A stretch of 63,995 nt of DNA, filler included, from Lama guanicoe (Eukaryota): assembly GCA_013239625.1 (NCBI GenBank). It is 199 parts of 199 records of this genome, joined end to end, with 100 filler letters (N's around TTAATTAATTAA, not from the genome) between each part and the next. Parts side by side here need not be neighbours in the genome. Positions count along the whole stretch, not along the records: positions 1 to 222 come from PNXV01041085.1; positions 323 to 544 come from PNXV01041086.1; positions 645 to 866 come from PNXV01041087.1; positions 967 to 1,188 come from PNXV01041088.1; positions 1,289 to 1,510 come from PNXV01041089.1; positions 1,611 to 1,832 come from PNXV01041090.1; positions 1,933 to 2,154 come from PNXV01041091.1; positions 2,255 to 2,476 come from PNXV01041092.1; 191 more parts are not named here. One strand, given 5' to 3'. Position 1 is the first letter of the stretch; each line of letters begins with the position of its first letter. Of the stretch, positions 1 to 12,458 are shown piece by piece. The notes below the pieces were generated by a model that searched no databases, had not been told where the DNA came from, and saw only the letters and a list, made by a program, of their open reading frames with translations. A program made the position numbers and the translations under genes.

Positions 1-354
1 AAAAAAAAATTCCAAAACCAAACAAACAAAAAAGAAATAATTTGTTGAATGATTAAAAAAAGAAAAAAAAGTTGGTTCTGTGAACTCATGAGCGCTTGTA
101 AGTATTACTGATCTGCTGCTCCTCCCACAAGTACTGGTCAGGAGAGTGTGGGAAATTGAGTGAGTAAGTGTGTGTCTGCTTTTTTGCTGCAATGCAATGA
201 ATATGCAGCATGACATTAATTTNNNNNNNNNNNNNNNNNNNNNNNNNNNNNNNNNNNNNNNNNNNNTTAATTAATTAANNNNNNNNNNNNNNNNNNNNNN
301 NNNNNNNNNNNNNNNNNNNNNNTCTGATATATCAAGCTCTTTATTTTGGCTTAC

Positions 355-429
355 ATGATGGTCTGGGAATGGAAAACGGACATTAGTGTCTCCTTTTATG
401 CTCACTTGGATACCTTTTAGAGTCATCTC
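355..429 (-). CDS. Candidate 75-bp internal coding exon, gene unidentified
   Basis: Minus strand ctgaaAG|GAG ATG...CAT CAT|GTAAGC. Open in phase 0-0: EMTLKGIQVSIKGDTNVRFPFPDHH. The polypyrimidine tract is weak and I do not recognise the protein. Confidence 0.4.
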
Positions 430-644
430 CTTTCAGTAATGGACAATTAATTTAAAATATATATGTGTGTGTGGCACATCTTTTTTTGTCATTGATATCT
501 ACCCCAGGGAATATCCAGTTAATAAAACAGCACGCTGTCATCTCNNNNNNNNNNNNNNNNNNNNNNNNNNNNNNNNNNNNNNNNNNNNTTAATTAATTAA
601 NNNNNNNNNNNNNNNNNNNNNNNNNNNNNNNNNNNNNNNNNNNN

Positions 645-866
645 CATACACATACATATGTATATTCATTTTCATATTCTTTATATGAAAATATAAAGAT
701 TATTATAGGTTATTACAAGATATTGAATACAGTTCTCTGTGCCAGACAGAAGAAATTCTTTGTCTATTTTATACATAGTGGTTAATATTAGCAATTCTGA
801 AACTCCCAATTTATCCCTTCCACCGCCTTTCCCCCCAGTAACCACAGGACTGTTGACTACGCCTGT
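645..866 (-). mobile_element. LINE-1 3' UTR fragment (cetartiodactyl-type)
   Basis: Contains tataggttattacaagatattgaatacagtt...ctcccaatttatcccttcc...agtaaccac, and matches the contigs at 11593, 47977 and (reverse) 53451. Confidence 0.85.
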
Positions 867-1610
867 NNNNNNNNNNNNNNNNNNNNNNNNNNNNNNNNNN
901 NNNNNNNNNNTTAATTAATTAANNNNNNNNNNNNNNNNNNNNNNNNNNNNNNNNNNNNNNNNNNNNCTTAACTGAGCCTCAAACCTACAAGTGAAAATAG
1001 TTCCATTAGTAATATTTTACAAGAGTTAATTGAGAGCATTCTAATATATTGATTGACATCTTCCAAATCATTGTGTGTATGTACTGAAACTATAAAGAGG
1101 ACTTTTTAAAACTTCCATTGGATTCTTATCTTTTCATCCTTCTGTTTGTGATGATAACAATTGCAGGCTGAAAAATTAGGTCATGGGCNNNNNNNNNNNN
1201 NNNNNNNNNNNNNNNNNNNNNNNNNNNNNNNNTTAATTAATTAANNNNNNNNNNNNNNNNNNNNNNNNNNNNNNNNNNNNNNNNNNNNGTTGTAAGCGTG
1301 ATGACCGTGGTGGTTACAGCGTGTTTTTAATGCCCGTCTGTCCTTCCTTCACCTCATTCAGGGGGAGAATTTCCCTCTGATACTACTTGGTTCTGCTAAA
1401 ACTGTCAGTCACAGTGATGGACATTACCGTTACTACTCTTTTGAATAAAAGTGACAAAGACCTACCGAAAATGCATAAACAGAAGGATAACTGATTAATT
1501 GGGTTCAAAANNNNNNNNNNNNNNNNNNNNNNNNNNNNNNNNNNNNNNNNNNNNTTAATTAATTAANNNNNNNNNNNNNNNNNNNNNNNNNNNNNNNNNN
1601 NNNNNNNNNN

Positions 1611-1832
1611 TAAGCCAGAAACAGAAAGAAAAATACCATATGATATCACTCATATGTGGTATCTAAAAAACCAAAAAGAGGCCACTATGAACTCATCTAC
1701 AAAACAGAAACAGATTTGCAGACCTGGTAAACAATCTTACGGTTATCGGGGAAAGGGGGGTAGGAGGGGATAAATTTGGGAGTCTGAGATTTACAAATGT
1801 TAGCCACTATGCATAAAAATAGATTTTAAAAA
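1611..1832 (+). mobile_element. LINE-1 ORF2 end and start of 3' UTR
   Basis: aagccagaaacagaaagaaaaataccatatgatatcactcatatgtggtatctaa (..KYHMISLICGI*), followed by atgaactcatctacaaaacagaaacaga. Confidence 0.9.
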
Positions 1833-1932
1833 NNNNNNNNNNNNNNNNNNNNNNNNNNNNNNNNNNNNNNNNNNNNTTAATTAATTAANNNNNNNNNNNN
1901 NNNNNNNNNNNNNNNNNNNNNNNNNNNNNNNN

Positions 1933-2154
1933 GAGATGGTCATTCCAGGCAGAAAAGGATCGAGCATGTGCAAAGGCCCTGAGGCAGGAGTAGGTTTGGC
2001 CTGCTAGCTGTACCTTAACCACTAGTGTGGCCGAAGGTCGTGAGCAAGATAGAGGTGGGGTTGAGGGCAGGGAGGTAATAGGGTGATTACTCAGGGTCTC
2101 GGAGATCACGGGGAGCACTTTGGATCAGAGGAGGGATGTGATCTGATTCATATT
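1933..2154 (-). mobile_element. LINE-2 fragment
   Basis: cattccaggcagaaaagg...gcatgtgcaaaggccctgaggcaggag is the typical antisense L2 3'-region motif. Confidence 0.7.
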
Positions 2155-2254
2155 NNNNNNNNNNNNNNNNNNNNNNNNNNNNNNNNNNNNNNNNNNNNTT
2201 AATTAATTAANNNNNNNNNNNNNNNNNNNNNNNNNNNNNNNNNNNNNNNNNNNN

Positions 2255-2476
2255 TCCGGAGGGGGCTTCCCGCAAACGCCCCGCCCCTCCCCCGGCCCGG
2301 CTCTACGGAAGCCCCGGCCTGCAGCTTTCCTCGGGAGATCAAAACGGGAAAGGGACCAGAAGGTGCACTGGTGCGAGGGACGGCCCCTCTCCCAGGTCAG
2401 CAATAGCGCGGTCGGGGGAAGGGCGGTCCCACAGGACCCCTGCGCCGGAGGCCGCCTTCTGATCCACAGCCAAGTG
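2255..2476. promoter_or_regulatory. CpG-island-like fragment with GC boxes
   Basis: High GC with many CpGs, including cgccccgcccc (Sp1-type box). No gene context is available. Confidence 0.45.
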
Positions 2477-3864
2477 NNNNNNNNNNNNNNNNNNNNNNNN
2501 NNNNNNNNNNNNNNNNNNNNTTAATTAATTAANNNNNNNNNNNNNNNNNNNNNNNNNNNNNNNNNNNNNNNNNNNNAAAAAAAATAAGAACTTAATACAC
2601 GTTGGAGTTTCAGAGGACAGCATTTAGGACACTGAATGTAAAGTCGACAGCAGTTGAAATCATTGCGGCCGGCAGACATAGTTAAGGACCTCTTCAATCC
2701 GGACTGAACTTTTCATTCACCAAGTGTTTATTGTGATACAAATGTGTACATGCCAAGAACTGTGCCCTTGATAAAGATGTGAAAAATAATAGATTTTTNN
2801 NNNNNNNNNNNNNNNNNNNNNNNNNNNNNNNNNNNNNNNNNNTTAATTAATTAANNNNNNNNNNNNNNNNNNNNNNNNNNNNNNNNNNNNNNNNNNNNCA
2901 GCTCTACCCTGGGACACAGCCCCGCTGACCTCCCCAGCCAGGATGCGGTGGGGACAGCAGTGAGCCCTGGAGACCCAGGCCTGCCACACAGCGTGGCCCT
3001 CACGGCTCCCGCACCCTGGTCAATTACTGTCCCAAAGGACCAGGGTCTGACTCCTGGCCCCCATCCTGGGCTCACCTCACTTTTCTCTATTAATCTGGGG
3101 ACTTCCTCTCTCTGGGCCTCNNNNNNNNNNNNNNNNNNNNNNNNNNNNNNNNNNNNNNNNNNNNTTAATTAATTAANNNNNNNNNNNNNNNNNNNNNNNN
3201 NNNNNNNNNNNNNNNNNNNNATGCATTGTAACTTGACTATATTTAAATTTAAAAAAAAAAAGCCCCCAATTGGTATCATGCCTGGAAGATTTCAGGAACA
3301 GCAGGGAAGACCGTGTGGCTGGGGAAGAGGGAGACAAGATGTGGGGAAATATCTGGAACTCGATTTCAGAGACGTGTATTAGACAACGAGACATGTATTA
3401 GACGATGTCTGAGTCTGAGGTTCAAGGAACAGGTCTGAGCTGNNNNNNNNNNNNNNNNNNNNNNNNNNNNNNNNNNNNNNNNNNNNTTAATTAATTAANN
3501 NNNNNNNNNNNNNNNNNNNNNNNNNNNNNNNNNNNNNNNNNNGCACTTAGTTCCTTTTCAGTGATGTCAGTTGCTGTGATTATTATCTTGGGGTAGGAGA
3601 AGAGATGACCCCTGTGCTGTAGACGTTGAATTCTGACTTTGTACTGTACTGTGATCACCTTTCCTGAAAAGCTTACCTCACAACACCCATAGTAGCTTAT
3701 TCATCTGCATTATCAGCTAATAATGGGTGTTCATCTACACTAAATACATGAAAGGAAGTTCAGANNNNNNNNNNNNNNNNNNNNNNNNNNNNNNNNNNNN
3801 NNNNNNNNTTAATTAATTAANNNNNNNNNNNNNNNNNNNNNNNNNNNNNNNNNNNNNNNNNNNN

Positions 3865-4086
3865 GGGCCTGAATAGAACCCAAGGGCAGAGGAGAGGAGA
3901 ACTGACTCTCTCTCTGCTTGAGCTGGGACATCCATTTCGCCTGCCCTCAGGCAGCAGCACTCCTGCTTTGCAGGTGTTCAGACCGGAATAGGAACTTACA
4001 CCACCGGCTCCCCTAATTCTCAGGCCTCTGGGTTTGGACTCAAGCTATCCCGCCAGCATCTCTGTGTCTCCAGCATGCAGATGGAA
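3865..4086 (+). mobile_element. MLT2-type (ERVL) LTR fragment
   Basis: gggcctgaatagaac...ctgcttgagctgggacatcc...cttacaccaccggctcccctaattctcaggcct...ggactc...tctccagcatgcagatgg follows the MLT2 consensus order. Confidence 0.8.
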
Positions 4087-7000
4087 NNNNNNNNNNNNNN
4101 NNNNNNNNNNNNNNNNNNNNNNNNNNNNNNTTAATTAATTAANNNNNNNNNNNNNNNNNNNNNNNNNNNNNNNNNNNNNNNNNNNNTAGGGAGCTGGAAC
4201 CACACCCCAAACCAGACCTGGAATCAGAATGCTGAAGGATGGGGCCCCGCCCACACTCACACACCTAACGAGCTCCTATAAATGCAAGGGAAACAACATG
4301 AAGATGCATCCTCCTCCAAAGCAAGCACTCAAGGGTCATGGAGATTTTGTTTATTCCCCCTTTGGCCTATCAGCATCTGGAGAAGCAGAGTTCCATGCTG
4401 TCTCCATCNNNNNNNNNNNNNNNNNNNNNNNNNNNNNNNNNNNNNNNNNNNNTTAATTAATTAANNNNNNNNNNNNNNNNNNNNNNNNNNNNNNNNNNNN
4501 NNNNNNNNTTCGCAGGGCAGGCCCTCTTCTCCCTCTCTGACCATAACTCAGGACAGCACAGAATGGTTCATAGGCTAGACGAAAGCATGGACTTTAGGAT
4601 CTGGCACCTGTGATCAGGCCAGTACTTCACCAGTGGATTTTACCATGAAGGAGCTGCAGGGCACTTTCCTAGGTGTGGCTTCATGTCTCTCATGTGTCAC
4701 CCAGGACCTGAACCCAGCTTGGGCTCAAACNNNNNNNNNNNNNNNNNNNNNNNNNNNNNNNNNNNNNNNNNNNNTTAATTAATTAANNNNNNNNNNNNNN
4801 NNNNNNNNNNNNNNNNNNNNNNNNNNNNNNCATTTATTGAATTTCCCCCATGTGCCAGATGCTGATGACAGAAAAATGAATAAGATCCCCCTTGTCCTGA
4901 TGGTCATTGTTTTTTTTATTTATTTGTTATCTTGTATTCGTTTTTCACACCCTTTCCAAGCATGTATTTATTATTGGTATAAATTCTTCAACAGAGTTTT
5001 CCATTCTTTGACCTTCTTTAACCACAAAAATCACCCAGTGGAATGCAAACAANNNNNNNNNNNNNNNNNNNNNNNNNNNNNNNNNNNNNNNNNNNNTTAA
5101 TTAATTAANNNNNNNNNNNNNNNNNNNNNNNNNNNNNNNNNNNNNNNNNNNNGGGATTTACTGTATGGGTAAGAGCTGTAAGAGAGGGTCATCTGAAAGG
5201 CGCTGTGATCTTTGGGAACTGGGCAATGCCACATTCCCCCTGTTCAAGGCCGCCCACAAATCTCCGATGGGCTGCTTAGAATTATGGCAGTTGACTCTAT
5301 GAGATACACTTACTCAGGAGAGGGGACTCAGTCAACTCTAATAGCTGGTCCCTTGCAACAACCTAGGGAGACTGNNNNNNNNNNNNNNNNNNNNNNNNNN
5401 NNNNNNNNNNNNNNNNNNTTAATTAATTAANNNNNNNNNNNNNNNNNNNNNNNNNNNNNNNNNNNNNNNNNNNNTATGTGGATAAAGAATATCCTTTGCA
5501 TTGACATGATTTGGTTAACGTGGTTAAATGGAGAAAATCATGATCCATACAACTGGAGTTCTGTGGTTTCAATTTCAAAGACTCTTTTTCAGGAAGGAAT
5601 AGCAGTGATGACCAGTATCGGCACTCCCTTCTTATGAGGAAGACCAGAACCAACAGAGCCAGGTCACCTAAAGGATATTGTTAAAAGAAAAAAAAANNNN
5701 NNNNNNNNNNNNNNNNNNNNNNNNNNNNNNNNNNNNNNNNTTAATTAATTAANNNNNNNNNNNNNNNNNNNNNNNNNNNNNNNNNNNNNNNNNNNNGGTC
5801 CCAAGATCACTAAAACCTTCACCCGATCCCCAGTTGGGAAGGGATATGAACATCCAAGGACGAGCGCAGCTGTTGCTGCAATGTAGTCTCCCGTGGTTAT
5901 TGACTAAAATCAGGCAAATATGTGGAGCCAACACTAGAAGACCTCAGGATGTTTAAATCAATCTGCTGAAGAAAGGAAGGCTGAATTCATCATCAAAACA
6001 GAGTTCCGATGGCATAGANNNNNNNNNNNNNNNNNNNNNNNNNNNNNNNNNNNNNNNNNNNNTTAATTAATTAANNNNNNNNNNNNNNNNNNNNNNNNNN
6101 NNNNNNNNNNNNNNNNNNGGCAGGTCTTCTTAGCCTCTGGGAGACACCCCCGGCTTTGTCATCCGTGCAGTGGGGACTGTGCCAGTTTCATGGAACTGCT
6201 GCAGATTTAGAAATTAAAAGATGCATCTAACCCAGCGCCTCAGGAAGCAGTAGCATCACTGGTTTCCTATCAGGATGCTTCTCTGCTTTCCGCAGCTTGG
6301 TGTAAGGGTTTGTCCCCACCTTACGGCTGGAGGTATGGCCNNNNNNNNNNNNNNNNNNNNNNNNNNNNNNNNNNNNNNNNNNNNTTAATTAATTAANNNN
6401 NNNNNNNNNNNNNNNNNNNNNNNNNNNNNNNNNNNNNNNNCTGGGGTAAGGGCTGGAAGAACATATAAAGAGAAAGTGTGGCAAGGAATCCAAAAATTAA
6501 AACAGTCAAGTTCTATATTCCTGTTCCGTCACAATGTTTTAAAATATTGTCACAGGGAGGGGTTCTGAGCTGGACTACTTCTAAACTGCTTGCAAACTGG
6601 CTTTGGAAAGCTCTTATAATATTTTATAAAACTTTTCTAATTATTCTTTATGAAGTTGTAATNNNNNNNNNNNNNNNNNNNNNNNNNNNNNNNNNNNNNN
6701 NNNNNNTTAATTAATTAANNNNNNNNNNNNNNNNNNNNNNNNNNNNNNNNNNNNNNNNNNNNGAAAGAGCCAAAAGCCTTCAAGAAGTGAAAACACAAAG
6801 AGAAAGGACTGAGGATGCACGTTTCTACAAAACCGTATCTCTGCTGGTCAGAGTGGCCCCCGACCAGTCCGTCATTGCTCAGCTCAAGCACATAAAGAAA
6901 GATGCACAGTTACTGCAGGGCAAGGAGCAAACATCTATTCATAAGCAAACATTAACTCTACTTCTCGAGGGAAAAAAGAAAAATNNNNNNNNNNNNNNNN

Positions 7001-7429
7001 NNNNNNNNNNNNNNNNNNNNNNNNNNNNTTAATTAATTAANNNNNNNNNNNNNNNNNNNNNNNNNNNNNNNNNNNNNNNNNNNNCCATCGTTCCAATGTG
7101 CACAGCAGGTTACACTGCTGAGGAACTGAGTATGAAACCTTCACGGGGTGAGCAGCGCAAATTCTCCTAATGAACAGTGACTGCTGTAGTCCCCAGATTC
7201 TCTGCCCGTTCCCCGGTGGAAACATCACGATGGATGTCAATATTGGGTTGATTTATCCCGGGTGCAGCACATCCACATTTTTTTGCTTCCCAGAGTTGAT
7301 TCTTACNNNNNNNNNNNNNNNNNNNNNNNNNNNNNNNNNNNNNNNNNNNNTTAATTAATTAANNNNNNNNNNNNNNNNNNNNNNNNNNNNNNNNNNNNNN
7401 NNNNNNGCTCCACATTGGGCGTCAAAATC

Positions 7430-7628
7430 TGTTACCAAAGTCAGGTCCAGCAGCTTGCCGCTCAGAAATTAGTACTTAGGAGTGACAAATGTTGGTAGAT
7501 AGGACAATTGCCTTTTATTCGAATGCTGGCAGTCTGGGGCGGTGGTGGACTTAGTGTCTACAAAAAACAAGTCCAAAGGGTCTACTCGATCATGAATGTT
7601 CTCTAGGGAAAAAGAAAGTGACCTCAGT
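7430..7628 (-). mobile_element. ERV LTR 3' end (antisense)
   Basis: Begins TGTTACC (LTR terminus ..GGTAACA on the minus strand), with antisense AATAAA (ttttatt) about 85 bp inside. Confidence 0.55.
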
Positions 7629-7728
7629 NNNNNNNNNNNNNNNNNNNNNNNNNNNNNNNNNNNNNNNNNNNNTTAATTAATTAANNNNNNNNNNNNNNNN
7701 NNNNNNNNNNNNNNNNNNNNNNNNNNNN

Positions 7729-7950
7729 CTGCTATGAACATTGGGGTGCATGTGTCTTTTTGAATTACAGTTTTCTCTAGGTATATGTGCAGGAGTCGGA
7801 TTGCTGGATTATATGGTGAGTCTGTTTTTAGTTTTTTGAGGAATCTCCATACTGTCCTCCATAATTGCTGCACCAGTTTACATTCCCACCAACAGTGCGG
7901 GAGGGTTCCTTTTTCTGCACACCCTCTCCAGCATTTATTATTTGTAGACT
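7729..7950 (-). mobile_element. LINE-1 ORF2 C-terminal fragment
   Basis: Translates to [47 protein letters not shown], the canonical L1 ORF2 C-terminal region. Confidence 0.95.
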
Positions 7951-9983
7951 NNNNNNNNNNNNNNNNNNNNNNNNNNNNNNNNNNNNNNNNNNNNTTAATT
8001 AATTAANNNNNNNNNNNNNNNNNNNNNNNNNNNNNNNNNNNNNNNNNNNNAGGTGAGCGGGAAGAAGAGGGGCAGCTGGGTGCAGGTCTTGTGCTTGACA
8101 TTTGAGTTGTCCTGGAGAGTGTCTTCTTGGTGATGATAGAGATCCGGGCTAGGGTCCTGGTATGTGTTAACTGAGGTGAAATAAAGGGAATGATTGTTGT
8201 GGATGAGGAGTCGAGGAACTACAAACATTTTTGAAGTATTTTCTTCCTTTAATTTCCACGCCTGTGCATTCANNNNNNNNNNNNNNNNNNNNNNNNNNNN
8301 NNNNNNNNNNNNNNNNTTAATTAATTAANNNNNNNNNNNNNNNNNNNNNNNNNNNNNNNNNNNNNNNNNNNNGCATCAGCAGATGAGGAGCTGGCTTATC
8401 CAGGCCAGGCTTAGCTGGGGCATCTCTGCTCCACATGTCTCTCATCCTCCCTGGAGGAGCAGGCGAGCCAAACCATGTTCTTCTCAGGGTGATGGTGACT
8501 TTACTTTCTGTTCCAATGGTCACCATCCTAGGTAAAGTCACCACTGTCTCTCACCTGGATTACGATGCCCAGTCCCTCCCAATCTGTCCCCCCANNNNNN
8601 NNNNNNNNNNNNNNNNNNNNNNNNNNNNNNNNNNNNNNTTAATTAATTAANNNNNNNNNNNNNNNNNNNNNNNNNNNNNNNNNNNNNNNNNNNNTTTTTT
8701 TTAACAAATATCTATTTTTGATATTTGTAAAAAGTATATAAAAAAGTAATGTAACTTAGGAAAATTCTTTGTTGATGTGGTCCCTTTTCTCCCCCAATAT
8801 TCTCTTATCAATATTTCATAGTTAAACTAAAGTGATCCCATAAGTTAGGCTAAGTATTGTTATAAGTTAGGAATAAATGACTAAAAGTACTGAGTCTTAT
8901 TCAGTAAAAAACATAGNNNNNNNNNNNNNNNNNNNNNNNNNNNNNNNNNNNNNNNNNNNNTTAATTAATTAANNNNNNNNNNNNNNNNNNNNNNNNNNNN
9001 NNNNNNNNNNNNNNNNCGTGGTTTATATCACAGGAAAGAAAATATATATTTGCTGAGTGTTAAGGTATCAACCACCTTCCGTGAAAGCATCACTGCAGAT
9101 CTCTTAATGAAGTCTGCACGCGCGCGCACACACAGAATGCTCGTAGCACAAAATCCTAGGAGAACATAAGGCATAATGCACACGTGTGTGTATTATAATT
9201 TTCTAAATAATCTGAGCCAGAAAGAATCAAATAAACTGNNNNNNNNNNNNNNNNNNNNNNNNNNNNNNNNNNNNNNNNNNNNTTAATTAATTAANNNNNN
9301 NNNNNNNNNNNNNNNNNNNNNNNNNNNNNNNNNNNNNNACTTTGTAATATTTTCACAGTTTCTGAACAACTTTCTAATACCTGTTTGCTGATTCTATGAA
9401 AAACTTAATATAGAACGTAAGTTACAGTTAATGTAGAAATTTCCATAAGTAGCTGAGTGGTGTACCTTGGAACTTCTGTTGTGGCCCCTGTATCACATTC
9501 CTGAGTCTCTCGCTTAATTGTCTAGAAATTTGCATGGTTAGGCTTGAAGTTTTATTCTGGNNNNNNNNNNNNNNNNNNNNNNNNNNNNNNNNNNNNNNNN
9601 NNNNTTAATTAATTAANNNNNNNNNNNNNNNNNNNNNNNNNNNNNNNNNNNNNNNNNNNNTGCTTCTTCATGATTCTTCCTCTTTAGGGGTTCCCCCAAA
9701 TTAGTCACCCTCTTACCCCACAACTCAGAGCCTCTGCTCTTGTGCATGTTATCTCTGCTGCAAAGTTCTTCCAGTATCCTTGGGTGGAGTTTAACTTAAA
9801 TCAAATACAGCAAAGTTTTAAAACTTAAAAATAGAAATGAGATAAATAAACAAAAAGCTACTGCTCCCTCAAAGAGCTCTCCNNNNNNNNNNNNNNNNNN
9901 NNNNNNNNNNNNNNNNNNNNNNNNNNTTAATTAATTAANNNNNNNNNNNNNNNNNNNNNNNNNNNNNNNNNNNNNNNNNNNNG

Positions 9984-10157
<174 letters not shown>

Positions 10158-11270
10158 CTAAAAAAGAAGGAAGGGAGGGAGGGAGGAAGTAAGGAAGGCA
10201 GGAANNNNNNNNNNNNNNNNNNNNNNNNNNNNNNNNNNNNNNNNNNNNTTAATTAATTAANNNNNNNNNNNNNNNNNNNNNNNNNNNNNNNNNNNNNNNN
10301 NNNNACAATTTCTGGTTTATGCCATTATTTAGACAATGCTATGATTTATACAAATTAGCCTGGGCTTTAAGGCCCTTGATTAGGCTACATGAAAGCTCCC
10401 CTTAACTTCTCCACTTGCCATTAGCTCCAGTCAAGTCAAGTGACACTATTTTAACTACAAGACCCCTGTATTCTCCCATCTCTAATTTTGTTTCTCTGGG
10501 TGTTTCTGTCTTTGAGATCTCCTTCANNNNNNNNNNNNNNNNNNNNNNNNNNNNNNNNNNNNNNNNNNNNTTAATTAATTAANNNNNNNNNNNNNNNNNN
10601 NNNNNNNNNNNNNNNNNNNNNNNNNNTTTCAGATTCTGACTCCTTCCCCACCAAATCTGGTAGGTTTGGGAAGTAAATTGGTGCTATCACCCCGCACTAC
10701 TTGTTAGTAGTTAGTAGTTCAATGTTAGGCATTCACTTGCTAGATCATGGCAAAGCTAGACACAGGCTCAAAATGCTTATATCTCAATAAAATTTTGTCA
10801 GTAGAACTTCAGCATCTTATTTGTCCAAGGAACTGTATTTCCATATTCNNNNNNNNNNNNNNNNNNNNNNNNNNNNNNNNNNNNNNNNNNNNTTAATTAA
10901 TTAANNNNNNNNNNNNNNNNNNNNNNNNNNNNNNNNNNNNNNNNNNNNATTAAATTTACTGCAAATGTTATTGCAGAGAATATGGAAAGAGATCTATAAT
11001 TTGTGCTTGTTCAAGTTTAGTTAGGAGAAAATTTAAGATTCTTTGACAAATCATAACAAAAATGATCTATATAATATGGCTATATTGCCAGTTGTCAAAA
11101 ATTTCACTTTACCATTACTTCATCAGGATCCTTGAATTATAGGGACATGATTCCACTTGTGGGAAAAAATNNNNNNNNNNNNNNNNNNNNNNNNNNNNNN
11201 NNNNNNNNNNNNNNTTAATTAATTAANNNNNNNNNNNNNNNNNNNNNNNNNNNNNNNNNNNNNNNNNNNN

Positions 11271-11492
11271 GCGTGCGCGCTCCTCCTCCTCCCGCGGGAA
11301 GCGCGTACCCTCGGGCTTGGGCTCCTGCTGTACAGGACCTGGCCAGTCTGTACGGTTGGGTGGGTCTCCATCACCAAAGCACCAAAGCCCCCACTGTGGC
11401 ACCGACCAGGTCCCGGATCGCAGGCAAAACCACCAAACGCCCCAGGGGAGAGGACAGCCGCCATCTCCTCTCCACCTGCCCTCCCACCCCTT
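11271..11492. promoter_or_regulatory. CpG-rich fragment, possible promoter or first-exon edge
   Basis: gcgtgcgcgc...cccgcgggaagcgcg, with high GC and CpG content. Confidence 0.3.
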
Positions 11493-11592
11493 NNNNNNNN
11501 NNNNNNNNNNNNNNNNNNNNNNNNNNNNNNNNNNNNTTAATTAATTAANNNNNNNNNNNNNNNNNNNNNNNNNNNNNNNNNNNNNNNNNNNN

Positions 11593-11814
11593 TTCTTTTT
11601 CATTATAAGTTATTAAAAGATATCAAATATAGTTCCCTGTGTCATACAGTAGAAACTTGTTTATATATTTTATGTATAGTAATTAGTATGTGCAAATCTC
11701 AAAGTCCCAATTTATCCTTTCCCACACCCCTCTCCCCCTGGTAACCATAAGTTTGTTTTCTATGTCTATGAGTCTGTTTGTTAAGTTGATTTGTCTTTTT
11801 TTTTTTTTTTTTTC
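11593..11814 (-). mobile_element. LINE-1 3' UTR fragment
   Basis: aatatagttccctgtgtcatacagtag...cccaatttatcc...ggtaaccataagtttgttttctatgtctatgagtctgt. Confidence 0.9.
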
Positions 11815-12256
11815 NNNNNNNNNNNNNNNNNNNNNNNNNNNNNNNNNNNNNNNNNNNNTTAATTAATTAANNNNNNNNNNNNNNNNNNNNNNNNNNNNNN
11901 NNNNNNNNNNNNNNACAGAAAGATAAATCCTTTCTAAACAGGGATAGCTCGTCTAGTGTCTAACTGGCTTTTAGTTGCTTTTTGTCCATCACTGGAAACT
12001 TGGGGGCAGCCTCTTCAATTTACCCCCAGTCTGGGCTTTGTTGCCCTGATGTCAAATCCGTGCCAGCTCTTATCCTTCCTCCTCTCTATCCTGCACACAT
12101 GGTTAGAGTGTGGCCTTCCTGCAGCATCCTTTACCANNNNNNNNNNNNNNNNNNNNNNNNNNNNNNNNNNNNNNNNNNNNTTAATTAATTAANNNNNNNN
12201 NNNNNNNNNNNNNNNNNNNNNNNNNNNNNNNNNNNNGTATGTATATGTGTACAAGG

Positions 12257-12458
12257 TGACAAAGATCTCTGGCTGGACCAAACTTAATTCAGCATCCTGA
12301 AAGTTCTCTTAGGCCTATGTGTGCCCTTCCTTGTGAAATCCAGTTTAAGTCAGTTTAGCAGGAAACCTTCACTTGTGATATCCAATCTCCCCCACAATCT
12401 AATTGGATTCTCATTCTCCATCATCCCCCAGGTGACGTCTGATCACTTCAACCTGCTT
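12257..12458 (+). mobile_element. MER31/MER67-like ERV1 LTR, 5' part
   Basis: Starts TGACAAAG...gaccaaactt, and contains ccttgtgaaatccagttt, aagtcagtttagcag and catcccccaggtgacgtctgatcac. Confidence 0.7.

Noticed and set aside
267..278. TTAA as a piggyBac target site, a PacI-site array or a homeodomain-site cluster
   Set aside because: It is invariant and always flanked by N runs, so it is synthetic rather than genomic.
6763..6984. Frame open across the whole contig (ERAKSLQEVKTQRERTEDARFY...)
   Set aside because: No recognisable motif or splice signal, and a few 74-codon open frames are expected by chance among 199 contigs in six frames.
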